DNA of 24,393 nt from a virus (IMGVR_UViG_3300048574_000253:1-24393), one strand, 5' to 3'. Positions 7,323 through 16,610 are shown, counted from the first letter of the stretch. The notes: generated by a model not told the origin, from the sequence alone. Numbers and translations are program-made.

Positions 7323-9983
7323 ATGATCCTTGCACCCGTCATCGCGGCTCTCTCGTCTGTCCTCGTCTCGGTCGGCATTCCGCTGGTCGCGGCGCAGGCG
7401 ATCGTCGGCATCGGCCTTGCCGCTGGCATGTATGCGCTGCAGCGGCTCCTCACCCCGCGCCAGCGCCCCCCGGGGCAGGAGTTCGAGGCCAAGGCCGGCG
7501 CCAACGTGCCGATGTTCTGCGTCTATGGCCGGCAGCGCCTCGCCGGAGCGGTCATGCCGCCGGTGCAGACCGGCCGCCGGGTGCTGCATGTCCGCGTCCT
7601 TGGCATCGACTGGCATGACGCCTTGGAGGCCATCGTCATCGACGGCGAGCGCTGCCGCTTCAACGGCATCGACGGGCAGTGGTCGAATGCCGGCAAGCAG
7701 TTCCAGGGCGGACTCCTCGGCGACCCCGACACCGGCGGCGACGGCACCCATGTCGGCGACCCGCCCTGGACGTCCGGCCTCCAGTCCGCCGGCGCCGACG
7801 GCTCGTCCTGGGTCACCACCAAGGAATACGGCAACAACGTCAAGGTGAAGTTCTATGACGGGCGCCCGGTGCAGAACTCCGATGCGACGCTCGTCGCCCA
7901 GTCCGGATCCGATGCCCAGGGCAACAAGTTCTGGACGTCCGACCACAAGGGCGGCGGCGTCTGCTACGCCATCGTCGATATCGAGCCGGATTCCAACAAG
8001 AACCTCTCGGCCAATCCGCAGATCGAGTTCATCGTCCGTGGCCGTCGCCTCTGGGATCCGCGCAAGGACCCGGTCTATGGCGGCACCGGCAGCCATACCC
8101 GCGCCAACAAGGCGACCTGGGAGTGGAGCGACAATGTCGCTCTCGCCGTGACCGATTACCGCCTCGGCGTCTTCATCGGCGGCGTGAAGGTGTTTGGCAT
8201 CGGCACGCCGATCGCTAGGCTTCGCATGGACAGCCGCATCGCCGCGGCGAACCTCTGCGACACGCCGCGCCCTCTCCTCGACGACGAGGAAGAGCCGATG
8301 TGGCGCATTGCGGCGGTCATCACCAACGAGCGCGTCCCCCGCGATAACCTGCAGATCTTCTATGATGCCATGGCCGGCTGGGAGACCGAGCGCGGCGGCA
8401 CCTATCGCCTCACCGCCGGCGGGCCGCAGACGCCGGTGGTCGCCATCACCGACGCCGACCTGGTGAAGGGCCCGCGGCGCTACAAGGCCAAGAAGCCGCG
8501 CTCCGACCGCTACAACGCCGTGGCCGGCAAGTTCGCCGATCCCTGGAACGCCTTCGAGCTGCAGGATCTGCCCCTGCGCACGTCCAGCGAGGACGAGGCG
8601 ATCGACGGCGGCGAGCGGCTGACCATGACGCTGACCCTCTCGCAGGTGCCGAGCCAGACGCAGGCGCAGCACCTGATGGAGATCGCCCGCCGGCGCATGC
8701 GCCTGCAGGCGACCGCCACGGTCGCCGTGCCGCCGCGGCTGCGCGACGCCGAGACCATGGACACCATCACCTGGGCCTCGACCTATCACGGTGGCGCACC
8801 CAGAGAGTTCCACATCCAGCAGTGGAAGAAGCAGCGCGACCTGACGCTGTCCTGGGGCCTCGTCGAGACTTCGGCCGACATCTGGGACTGGGATCCGGAG
8901 GCTGACCAGCTCGACCCGCTCGTGGCGGCCGACCTGCCCTCGGCGGCGGAGCGGCTGGCGACCGTCGCCGGCTTCGCTGTCGCGGCGAGCTACGATGTCG
9001 GCGAGGGCGGCCAGAAGCTCCCCGTGTTCCTCTGCTCCTGGACGCCGATCGCCGATCTGACGGTGGACGCCGTCATCGTCCGCTACCGGCCGGTGGGCAC
9101 GACCGAGTGGTCGCAGCAGCGCTTCGACACGACCGATACGCTGGCCGCCGGCGAGGGCAAGATCTCGGCCGGCATCCAGGCCGAGACGGACTACGAGTTC
9201 GAGGCCGATCTCGCCACCACGCCACCGCGCTATACGACAATGCAGACGCCGGCGCCGGTGACCTCCGACCCGAACCATGTGGTGAAGAAGGCGATCATCA
9301 CCGACACGGTGGAGCCGGGAGGGGTGGACTATGGCGCCCTGGACGATGCCACGCAAGCCGGCCTTGCCGCGGTCAACGACCGCCTGCAGGCAGCACGCGA
9401 CCTCATGGAACAGCTTTCCGCCCAGGTGCAGGGGCTGGAACAGCAGGTAACGGACAACTTCAGCTTTGAGGCGCGCCGGCTGCGCTCGGTGAGGGAGGGC
9501 GCGTTCGCATCCATCGATCACCTCGAGGCGACAAAGGTCGATGAGTCCGGCGCTATGGCCCTGATCGCCTCGGCGCTGACGGCGCGGTTCGGTGTGCAGG
9601 GCGAGCCCGGCAGCGTCGAGGCGCAGATCGAGCAGATATTCAACGTCACCGCCGGCCCGACCGGAGCCTCGGCACTGTGGTCGGTGCAGCTCGACGTCGA
9701 TGGCCGTGTGTCGGGCCTCAAGAACCTCAACACAGGCGAGACAAGCGCCTTCATCATCCGCGCCGACCTGTTCGGCATCGAAAACCCGGATACCGAGGAG
9801 CTGTCGCTCTACTACGACGCCGACACCAAAACCTTCGTGATCAAGGATGGCACGCTGATTGCGGCCAAGGTCACATCCGTGTCCGGCCGCATGGTCTCCG
9901 ACTATGCCAACGAAGTCGCCTACTGGCTCGACGAGTCCGATGAGGTGATCGTCCAGATTGGTGACCTGGACTACGAACCATGA
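7323..9983 (+). CDS. Tail tip / host specificity protein (lambda J-like central fibre/hub)
   Basis: 886 aa; VYGRQRLAG, VRGRRLWDPR, WSDNVAL, AANLCD, YNAVAGKF motifs; FN3-like segment, coiled coil and C-terminal SAFIIRADLFGI region. Confidence 0.9.
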   Translation: MILAPVIAALSSVLVSVGIPLVAAQAIVGIGLAAGMYALQRLLTPRQRPPGQEFEAKAGANVPMFCVYGRQRLAGAVMPPVQTGRRVLHVRVLGIDWHDALEAIVIDGERCRFNGIDGQWSNAGKQFQGGLLGDPDTGGDGTHVGDPPWTSGLQSAGADGSSWVTTKEYGNNVKVKFYDGRPVQNSDATLVAQSGSDAQGNKFWTSDHKGGGVCYAIVDIEPDSNKNLSANPQIEFIVRGRRLWDPRKDPVYGGTGSHTRANKATWEWSDNVALAVTDYRLGVFIGGVKVFGIGTPIARLRMDSRIAAANLCDTPRPLLDDEEEPMWRIAAVITNERVPRDNLQIFYDAMAGWETERGGTYRLTAGGPQTPVVAITDADLVKGPRRYKAKKPRSDRYNAVAGKFADPWNAFELQDLPLRTSSEDEAIDGGERLTMTLTLSQVPSQTQAQHLMEIARRRMRLQATATVAVPPRLRDAETMDTITWASTYHGGAPREFHIQQWKKQRDLTLSWGLVETSADIWDWDPEADQLDPLVAADLPSAAERLATVAGFAVAASYDVGEGGQKLPVFLCSWTPIADLTVDAVIVRYRPVGTTEWSQQRFDTTDTLAAGEGKISAGIQAETDYEFEADLATTPPRYTTMQTPAPVTSDPNHVVKKAIITDTVEPGGVDYGALDDATQAGLAAVNDRLQAARDLMEQLSAQVQGLEQQVTDNFSFEARRLRSVREGAFASIDHLEATKVDESGAMALIASALTARFGVQGEPGSVEAQIEQIFNVTAGPTGASALWSVQLDVDGRVSGLKNLNTGETSAFIIRADLFGIENPDTEELSLYYDADTKTFVIKDGTLIAAKVTSVSGRMVSDYANEVAYWLDESDEVIVQIGDLDYEP

Positions 9984-10375
9984 GCCGGGGGATCAAGGTA
10001 CGCGATGAGGCCGGCATTCTCGGCCCGCTGTCGGCGTCGCGCGTCAGCCGCATCTTCTATGCCCGCGACTTTCAGCCAAGCGATCCCGATGCGACGGTCG
10101 GCGGCGGGTCGGCATCGTTTTCGATTAGCATTCCAGACTTCGACACCACCAAGGGCATCCTGTTTTCCCGCACAATCATCTCGACCTATCAGCCATGGTG
10201 GGTGGCGGCGCACATCAGGGACAATGACAGCCCGAACGTCTACTGGCTGACGTTCTTCGTCAGCGAAGGCACGTGGAACAACTCCACCAAGACGCTGGCG
10301 CTCAGCGTTTCGACCAACCCTGATGGCAACGGAAATCCGGTCGGGCGATCCGTCTATGGGGTGATGTTCGCATGA
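9980..10375 (+). CDS. Hypothetical tail-tip accessory protein
   Basis: 131 aa; ATGA overlaps at both ends; N-terminus GIKVRDEAG resembles small post-J genes. Confidence 0.7.
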   Translation: MSRGIKVRDEAGILGPLSASRVSRIFYARDFQPSDPDATVGGGSASFSISIPDFDTTKGILFSRTIISTYQPWWVAAHIRDNDSPNVYWLTFFVSEGTWNNSTKTLALSVSTNPDGNGNPVGRSVYGVMFA

Positions 10376-11097
10376 CCTTCGGCGCCCGCCTCGGCATCAA
10401 GAACTCCGCTGGAGAGGTCCAGATCGACCAGGAGTTCCTCACCCTCGAGGTCTTCGACGAGGGAGTCTTCACCTCCGCCGGCGGCGGCTATGACGACCTG
10501 CACACCTTGACCTTTTCCAGCATCGACAGCCCCATGGTCTTCATCCAGATGGCCGTCGACACCCGCTACTTCTTCGGCCCGACGACCGAGACGACCTTCT
10601 GGTGCTCAAGCAACCACGGCTCTGGCGCCACCTTCGCCTACAAGCTCTGCGGCTTTCGCCCGACGCCGCAGGCGCTGCCGGGTGGCTTCGGCTTCAAGGT
10701 CAACCAGCCGGCATCGCCGGACGCGGCCTTCGCATCGCCACGGGAATACATCCGCATCATCGACGCGCTGCAGACCGTCGACTCCTTCGACGCAAGCCCG
10801 CTTCGGTCCGGTGACTCCTACACCTTCTCCACCGCCGGCGACGGCTCTATCAACTGGCGCCAATACAACCACCCGACCAAGCCGATCAGCACCAGTGCCT
10901 TCTGGCACGCGGCCATGACCGGCCTTGGCCCGCGCCCTGGCTCTGACAACTCGACCCCCTACGTCCTCGAGCGCAAGTCGTCGACCCGATACGAACTCCG
11001 CTCGGACGGTGTGGTCTCCAAGTCGAACCGCGAGGCCATGGGCCTTCCCGACCCCACCGGCGTTGCCTGGTGGGCCAATCACCTGATCGCTGAATAG
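10372..11097 (+). CDS. Hypothetical tail-tip accessory protein
   Basis: 241 aa; N-terminal GIKNSAGEVQID and an internal related segment FGFKVN...AFAS..EYIRII. Confidence 0.7.
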   Translation: MTFGARLGIKNSAGEVQIDQEFLTLEVFDEGVFTSAGGGYDDLHTLTFSSIDSPMVFIQMAVDTRYFFGPTTETTFWCSSNHGSGATFAYKLCGFRPTPQALPGGFGFKVNQPASPDAAFASPREYIRIIDALQTVDSFDASPLRSGDSYTFSTAGDGSINWRQYNHPTKPISTSAFWHAAMTGLGPRPGSDNSTPYVLERKSSTRYELRSDGVVSKSNREAMGLPDPTGVAWWANHLIAE

Positions 11098-11153
11098 CGC
11101 CGCTCCCGCCCCATTCCGCCCTGCCTCACCCCTCCCCAAGGGAATGACAGCCC

Positions 11154-12953
11154 ATGTCCGACGTCGCCTACATCACCAATGCGGCTGCGACCCTGACCTT
11201 CACGGCGGGGTCGAAGACCGTGACCGTGACCGGCACCAATCCGATCCTCGAGGGTGTGGAGCGCGGAGACCGGGCGGTGGACCCGAGCGGCGTGGAACTG
11301 GCGATCGACGCCGTCGCCGCCGGCACGCTGACCCTGCTGCGGAACGCGCCGACCTCCGGCACGGTGCAGTTCGACATCGCGCCGGTCTCGCGGCTGCGCA
11401 CCTCGCTCGCCGCCAATGCCGAGGTGACGCGCGCGGTCTATGCGAAGCAGCTTGCCGCAGTCGAGGACAACCGCTCGATCCCGGTCATCAGCCTGGCGAC
11501 GGCCCCGCCGGGTTCGCCGGCGGATGGGGACCGTCATCTCGTCATCGCCACCGCCACTGGCGCCTTCGCCGGCAAGGAAGGCTATATCGCGCAGTACGAC
11601 GCGGCGAACACCCGCTGGATCTACATTGCGCCGATCGCCGGCATGAAGGTCACGGTCGATGGCTCGGCGGTGCTCAGGATCTACACCGGGGCCGCGTGGA
11701 CGGTCAGCGGCGCCACCGCTGCCTCTGACATCGCCTTCACTCCCACCGGTGGCGTCGCCGCGACGACCGTGCAGACGGCAATCGCCGAGGTGGACAGCGC
11801 AAAGGCGAGCGGCCCCGCCTCGTCATCCGACAATGCGATCGCGCGCTTCGATAGCACGTCTGGCAAAGCAATCCAGAACTCCGGCGTCTTCATTGACGAC
11901 AGCAGCAACTTGCTCCTCGGGTATGGCACCTCGGTCCCTATCGGGCCGACTAGCGCCACGCATCCACAGGCGCAAATCCATGGCGGCTCAGGCGGCGTCT
12001 TCAGTTCCGTTTATCGCTGGTCGGCCGATACAGCCGGCCCTGGCTTCGACATGGTCAAGTCTCGCGGTGCGTCCATCGGCACGCGAGGGGTAGTCCAGTC
12101 CGGCGACGTGCTCGGCCTGATGTCATGGCGCGGCGATGACGGCACGAACTTCCCCGGCGCCGCGCTAATCCGGGTTGTTGTCGACGGGCCCCCCGGCGCT
12201 GGCGATATGCCGGGCCGTATCGAGTTCGGCACGACCGCGGACGGCGCATCTGCGTCGACTATTCGCGGGTCGGTCAATTCGGCCGGTCGGTGGCTTTTGT
12301 CTGGCGATCTCACCCTTGGTTTTGCGGCCCTCTCTCCATATGCGCCGAAGATCCACCTGGGCGGCGTGACCGCTGCATCGGGCCCGACCCTGGGCGCTGT
12401 CACGGGGCTGACGGCGGTCTTCAGCAACACAGACTCAGCATACGGTCTCGGCTTCGGCTCGACCCCAGCTGGGCCGTCATTCTTGCAAGTTCAGCGCGTC
12501 GACGGCACCGCCATCGCCTACAACCTTCAACTTCAGCCGGCGGGCGGGAGCGTCGCAATTGGCGGTACTGCCGCAAATCTCGGCGGCGTCGGCTGCGCCG
12601 TTACCGTCAACAACTCCAATGCGGCGACGTTCTCCGGTTCGGAAGTGGCCTCTGCTGGCACACTTCGCGGCGGCATTTACGGCAGCAGCAGCGACTTCAG
12701 GGTCGTCGCGTCCGGATCGTTGCCGCTCTATCTTGTCCAGAACAGCACCGTGCAGCTGAACATTGGTTCGGGGGTTATTGCCGCCAATCTGCCGATCAAG
12801 CTGCCGTCCTACACCGTCGGAACCGTGCCCAGCGCGTCGACTGCTGGTGCAGGCGCCCACATCCACGTCACCAACGAGACCGGCGGCGCGGTCACCGCCT
12901 TCAGCGACGGCACCAACTGGCGACGCGTGACCGACCGCGCCGTCATCTCCTAA
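11154..12953 (+). CDS. Fibre protein with DUF2793-like domain
   Basis: 599 aa, Gly/Ser/Thr-rich; PPGSPADGDRHLV..ATGAFAGKEG.IA.Y...W (DUF2793-type); C-terminal AFSDGTNWRRVTDR motif. Confidence 0.85.
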   Translation: MSDVAYITNAAATLTFTAGSKTVTVTGTNPILEGVERGDRAVDPSGVELAIDAVAAGTLTLLRNAPTSGTVQFDIAPVSRLRTSLAANAEVTRAVYAKQLAAVEDNRSIPVISLATAPPGSPADGDRHLVIATATGAFAGKEGYIAQYDAANTRWIYIAPIAGMKVTVDGSAVLRIYTGAAWTVSGATAASDIAFTPTGGVAATTVQTAIAEVDSAKASGPASSSDNAIARFDSTSGKAIQNSGVFIDDSSNLLLGYGTSVPIGPTSATHPQAQIHGGSGGVFSSVYRWSADTAGPGFDMVKSRGASIGTRGVVQSGDVLGLMSWRGDDGTNFPGAALIRVVVDGPPGAGDMPGRIEFGTTADGASASTIRGSVNSAGRWLLSGDLTLGFAALSPYAPKIHLGGVTAASGPTLGAVTGLTAVFSNTDSAYGLGFGSTPAGPSFLQVQRVDGTAIAYNLQLQPAGGSVAIGGTAANLGGVGCAVTVNNSNAATFSGSEVASAGTLRGGIYGSSSDFRVVASGSLPLYLVQNSTVQLNIGSGVIAANLPIKLPSYTVGTVPSASTAGAGAHIHVTNETGGAVTAFSDGTNWRRVTDRAVIS

Positions 12954-12968
12954 CCCAAGGACACCACC

Positions 12969-13592
12969 ATGAGCGTCGAACGCATCCTCGTCGTCTTCAA
13001 CGAAGACGGCAGCGTAAAGGGTATTGCCAGCTACACCGAGAACGGCGCGGCTGAGCCTATGACGGAGGAGGCGGCAGCAGCGCTTCTTCCGCATGCCGAC
13101 CTTCTCGCGCAGGTCCAGGCGCTACAGGCGACACAGCAGGCCAATGAGAAGCGCGCCACGGATGCCGAGGCCGACCGCGACGAAAAGGTCGCCACCGCTG
13201 AAGCAGCGCGAGCAGCCGCGGTGGCCGCGGCCGAAGCGGCCCTCGCCGGACGAGACGAGACGATCGCCACGCTCGAGGCGCGCATCGCCGAACTGACGGC
13301 GCAGCCGGCGTCGATCATCGTCTCCGACCGCCAGTTCTTCCAGTCGCTGGCCATGGGCGGCAAGATCACCGAGGCCGAGGCCGAGGCGGCGGTGGCCACC
13401 GGCACGATTCCCGCCGACATGGCGGCGCTCGTCGATCAGCTTCCCCCCGACCAGCAGTTCAATGCCCGCATGATGCTGAAGGGCGCGACCATCTTCCGCT
13501 CCGATCACCCGCTCTCCGACATGCTTGCTGCACTCTACGGCTGGAGCGAAGAGCAGAAGCTCGACCTGTTCCGGGTCGCCTCGCAGCTCTAA
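12969..13592 (+). CDS. Putative fibre assembly/associated protein
   Basis: 207 aa; RBS AAGGA; central coiled coil; C-terminal SDRQF...GATIF...HPL...LF domain of a type that follows fibre genes. Confidence 0.7.
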   Translation: MSVERILVVFNEDGSVKGIASYTENGAAEPMTEEAAAALLPHADLLAQVQALQATQQANEKRATDAEADRDEKVATAEAARAAAVAAAEAALAGRDETIATLEARIAELTAQPASIIVSDRQFFQSLAMGGKITEAEAEAAVATGTIPADMAALVDQLPPDQQFNARMMLKGATIFRSDHPLSDMLAALYGWSEEQKLDLFRVASQL

Positions 13593-13611
13593 TCCCGACA
13601 AAACTCCGGAG

Positions 13612-14121
13612 TCAGCGAATCATCTCGTGATGGAAGTCCTGTATGAACTGCATCGTGGCCCGTCCAAGTTCAGTCCAGTCCAGGCGCCCACCGATCAGGG
13701 TCTGGAATGTGCCGGTGGCGTCTGATGTGAAGTCATCTCCCAAGTGCACAAATCGTCGCTGGGAGCGTCCCTTCCCAGCAAAATAGTCGATGCGATGCTC
13801 GTTCATGTTCCGCATATCGCGAATGTCGTTGCGGAAGCGATCGATAAAGAGCGCCGCGTCTTCGGAAATGGCCTTCAGGGGCAGCGCCCAATCCAAGTGA
13901 TCCACAAGCTGCCCTGCAGCAATGACGAAAAAATGCCGGTCGCGCTCGAAGGCATGAATCCAGGCGTCCGAGTAGCGCGAAGCGCGCATCATCGTGGTGT
14001 CGTGTGTCAGCTTGCCAGAAAGGTCGACGACACCTTCAGCCCAGACCCTGACGCCGTGCCGCGCCATGAAACGCTGATCATCTTCGCTTAGGGGTGCTGT
14101 GTCCGGTGTAATCGATGACAT
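13612..14121 (-). CDS. Putative HEPN-domain RNase (accessory gene)
   Basis: 169 aa, helical; R104-N-M-N-E-H109 fits the HEPN Rx4H motif; orientation opposite to the late operon; lower GC. Confidence 0.6.
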   Translation of the reverse strand: MSSITPDTAPLSEDDQRFMARHGVRVWAEGVVDLSGKLTHDTTMMRASRYSDAWIHAFERDRHFFVIAAGQLVDHLDWALPLKAISEDAALFIDRFRNDIRDMRNMNEHRIDYFAGKGRSQRRFVHLGDDFTSDATGTFQTLIGGRLDWTELGRATMQFIQDFHHEMIR

Positions 14122-14125
14122 GATC

Positions 14126-14344
14126 CTAATAGTGCCCGTCGTCGATGTCCGGCCCGTCGATCTTCCTTGCGATGGCGTCGATGCGAGCGAAGGCCAGGTT
14201 CAGAGCGTGCCACAATTGCATCCTGCGCTTGGCAGCGGGTCCTGTGGCCGATGCGGGGATCATCTCGTACTCGTCTCTGATTGCCAGCATCTCGTCATAG
14301 GCCTTCTTCCACTCAGGAAAGACAGGGTGGTCTTCGACAGCCAT
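14126..14344 (-). CDS. Small helical hypothetical protein, possible partner of the HEPN protein
   Basis: 72 aa; RBS GGAGGAAG; ends 4 nt before the HEPN gene start; acidic C-terminal tail. Confidence 0.7.
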   Translation of the reverse strand: MAVEDHPVFPEWKKAYDEMLAIRDEYEMIPASATGPAAKRRMQLWHALNLAFARIDAIARKIDGPDIDDGHY

Positions 14345-14380
14345 CTCACTTCCTCCGCGGGCCTATTTCCCGACAGTTGA

Positions 14381-14409
14381 GTGATAAGCCGCTTTACAAC
14401 CACCTTCAA
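14381..14409 (-). promoter_or_regulatory. Putative sigma70 promoter for the 72-aa/HEPN pair
   Basis: Minus strand TTGAAG-N17-TATCAC, 36 nt upstream of the start codon. Confidence 0.45.
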
Positions 14410-14430
14410 CGGTAGCGGGCAGATTTCTCC

Positions 14431-14568
14431 ATGCCCACCCCCGACATCGCCGCGGCGCTCGTCACCGAGCCGCCCTTGATGGCGCTCGTCGTTTTCGCCG
14501 GCCTCGCCTTCGCCGCGCTGGCGACGGCGGCCGTCATCCACGCCAACACCGATCCCGACCAGCCCTAG
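14431..14568 (+). CDS. 45-aa single-pass membrane protein (holin/antiholin-like candidate)
   Basis: MPTPDIAAALVTEPPLMALVVFAGLAFAALATAAVIHANTDPDQP*; phage-like GC3; stop lies directly before the endolysin RBS; weak RBS of its own. Confidence 0.55.
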   Translation: MPTPDIAAALVTEPPLMALVVFAGLAFAALATAAVIHANTDPDQP

Positions 14569-14578
14569 GGAGGCCGCC

Positions 14579-15112
14579 ATGAACGCATGGCCGAAGCAGT
14601 CCGACGTGCTTGCCTATCGCTCCGTCTATGGTGACCCGCGCGGGCCCGGCGGCGGGGTGGTCTCCGATGCCTGGCGGCGCGCCAACCTGGTGACGGTGCC
14701 GCCGCCCTTCGCCATGGCCATGGGCGAGATCCGCATCACCAAGATCACCATCCACCGGCACTGCGCCGAGAGCCTCGCCCGGGTCCTCGCCGACATCTGG
14801 GAGCGCTCCGGTCGCGACCAGGCGGTGATCGACGATTGGGGCATGTCGGTCTTCTCCGGCTCGTTCAACTACCGCGTCATGCGCGGGCTCTCGACCCTGT
14901 CGATGCATGCCTTCGGCTGCGCGTTGGACTTCGACGCGCCGCGCAACGGGCTCGGCGATCCGACGCCGCATTTTGCCACCTGTCCGGAGGTGCTGGCCGC
15001 CTTCGCCGCCGAGGGCTGGACCTGGGGCGGTGACTGGAACGGCAACGGCTCCATGGCCGACCAGCGCCGCCATGACGGCATGCACTGGCAGGCCACCCAG
15101 CCGATCCGGTGA
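14579..15112 (+). CDS. Endolysin, M15-family Zn peptidase
   Basis: R...LSMHAFGCALD (SxHxxGxAxD) and WGGDW...DGMH motifs; RBS GGAGG; no signal peptide. Confidence 0.9.
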   Translation: MNAWPKQSDVLAYRSVYGDPRGPGGGVVSDAWRRANLVTVPPPFAMAMGEIRITKITIHRHCAESLARVLADIWERSGRDQAVIDDWGMSVFSGSFNYRVMRGLSTLSMHAFGCALDFDAPRNGLGDPTPHFATCPEVLAAFAAEGWTWGGDWNGNGSMADQRRHDGMHWQATQPIR

Positions 15113-15116
15113 CGCC

Positions 15117-15392
15117 ATGGCCCGCACCCTGAAACGCCCCACCTACGGCTTCACCCGCCGCGCCCTGAAGATGGGCTTCGCCGGCTCCGGCGCCGCGTTC
15201 TTCCTGCTGCTCGGCTGCGGCCTCTTCGGTGACGAGCAACTCGCCGCCCGCTCTGCGACGCTGGCGCCGCTGTTCCTGCCGACGATCGCCGCCGTGCTGC
15301 TCGGCACGCTCGGCATCCACCGCTTCGCCGGCGCCATGGACTATCGCAGCCAGGCCATGGCGCCGGTCGACCCCGAGACCGAGGGCGGCTGA
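15117..15392 (+). CDS. Putative holin (two TM segments)
   Basis: 91 aa from ATG 15117; basic N-terminus, two hydrophobic stretches; lies between endolysin and spanins. Confidence 0.6.
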   Translation: MARTLKRPTYGFTRRALKMGFAGSGAAFFLLLGCGLFGDEQLAARSATLAPLFLPTIAAVLLGTLGIHRFAGAMDYRSQAMAPVDPETEGG

Positions 15393-15826
15393 TGTTCGAC
15401 CTCTCGAAGCCGATCGTCATCGGCCTTGCCGCCCTGGCGCTGGCGGCGGCCCTCACCGGGGCCGTGGCGACTGCGCTGGTCGCATACCGGGGCGCGATCG
15501 ACGATGCCCGCACCGCCGGCGCCAAGGCCGCCACAGAGGCCCGTGACGCGCACTGGAAGGCCGAGATCGCCAGGAGCAACCAAGCGGTGGCCGAAGCCCG
15601 CCTGAAGGCCGCCGAGGCCGCCATGGAAGCCGACCGCGTCGCCCGCGCCGCGGAGGCCCGCGAATCCACCCTGCAAGCCGAACTGGAGAGAGCCAATGCG
15701 GCGCTTCCTGATACTGGGGCCGGTGGCCTGTCTCGTGAGCGCGTGTGCCTCCTCTCCCCCGCCAGTTGTGCGGACGGAGCTGCTGCGGCCGGCCGTGCCG
15801 GCGGAGGCGCAGCGCCGCTGCGCTGA
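15392..15826 (+). CDS. i-spanin (Rz-like)
   Basis: N-terminal TM helix, Ala-rich coiled coil, two C-terminal Cys; overlaps a lipoprotein gene. Confidence 0.8.
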   Translation: MFDLSKPIVIGLAALALAAALTGAVATALVAYRGAIDDARTAGAKAATEARDAHWKAEIARSNQAVAEARLKAAEAAMEADRVARAAEARESTLQAELERANAALPDTGAGGLSRERVCLLSPASCADGAAAAGRAGGGAAPLR

Positions 15827-16007
15827 GCCCGTGGCGCTGCCCGGCCGGCGGCTGACGGAGCGCGAGGTGACGAGCCTCTGGGGCCGCGATCGCTCGGCGC
15901 TCAGGACATGCGAGGAACGCCGGGCGGCGGCGGTGGGCGCGGCCGTCTCGCTCGGCGCCATGGAAACGGGCGGCGCGATCGGCGGCGCGGCGGGGCAGGG
16001 GAGGTAG
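15696..16007 (+). CDS. o-spanin (Rz1-like lipoprotein)
   Basis: Signal MRRFLIL...VSAC (lipobox Cys17), Pro-rich, two further Cys; starts inside the i-spanin gene in another frame. Confidence 0.8.
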   Translation: MRRFLILGPVACLVSACASSPPPVVRTELLRPAVPAEAQRRCAEPVALPGRRLTEREVTSLWGRDRSALRTCEERRAAAVGAAVSLGAMETGGAIGGAAGQGR

Positions 16008-16013
16008 TGCATC

Positions 16014-16610
16014 ATGTCGGAGCCGCTCACGGACGCCCACCGCATCGCCAAGCTCGAGACGGACTTCACAGTCCTCTCGAACGAGGTGAAGGGCATCGCC
16101 AGCGACCTGTCTGCCTTCGTCGGCGAGCAGCGCGACTTCCGGCAGGAATGGCGCCGGCAGAAGGAGGCGGAGGCCGCCCAGCAGATTGATGCCGCCCGGG
16201 CCTCTGCCGAGAACGCCAAGGCCGGTCGGGTGACCCTGCCGCAGTTCATCACCATGGGCTCGTCGATCGCCGGCGTGACGGTGATCATCATCGGCGGCCT
16301 TATGTGGATGATCCAGAACGAGACCAAGGCGGCGCGCAACGACGCGATCGCCCAGGTGACGCAGCTCGGCCTTCAGGTGCGCGGTCAGGCCGACACGATC
16401 ACCTCGACGCAGACGGCCTTGCAGGTCTTCCAGCGCGACACGGCCATCGACCGGGTGAAGCTCGGCCTGGTCGAGCAATCGGCCGCCAACAGCGCCCGCC
16501 TGATCCAGTCGATGGAAGGCTACGACGCGGTGCATGCCCGGCAGGACGAGCAGATCAAGGCGCTGCAGCAGGCGATCCGCGACATCGCTGGCAGGATGCA
16601 GCGACCATGA
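16014..16610 (+). CDS. Single-pass coiled-coil membrane protein
   Basis: 198 aa; RBS GGAGG; central TM (IAGVTVIIIGGLMWMI) flanked by heptad-like regions. Confidence 0.75.
   Translation: MSEPLTDAHRIAKLETDFTVLSNEVKGIASDLSAFVGEQRDFRQEWRRQKEAEAAQQIDAARASAENAKAGRVTLPQFITMGSSIAGVTVIIIGGLMWMIQNETKAARNDAIAQVTQLGLQVRGQADTITSTQTALQVFQRDTAIDRVKLGLVEQSAANSARLIQSMEGYDAVHARQDEQIKALQQAIRDIAGRMQRP

Noticed and set aside
6558-9521. 987-aa minus-strand ORF
   Set aside because: Antisense shadow of the GC3-biased tail genes; no motifs.
11098-11153. C-rich spacer with CCCTCCCCAAGGGA
   Set aside because: Only a weak stem; not a copy of the 19-nt motif and not a convincing terminator.
11154-13592. Diversity-generating retroelement or invertible fibre cassette
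   Set aside because: No reverse transcriptase, invertase, duplicated variable region or inverted crossover sites seen in the window.
14907-15116. Upstream extension of the holin candidate
   Set aside because: Lies inside the endolysin gene; ATG 15117 follows its stop.
16304-16606. Long version of the ORF ending at 16819
   Set aside because: Overlaps the 198-aa gene; ATGA-coupled start at 16607 preferred.
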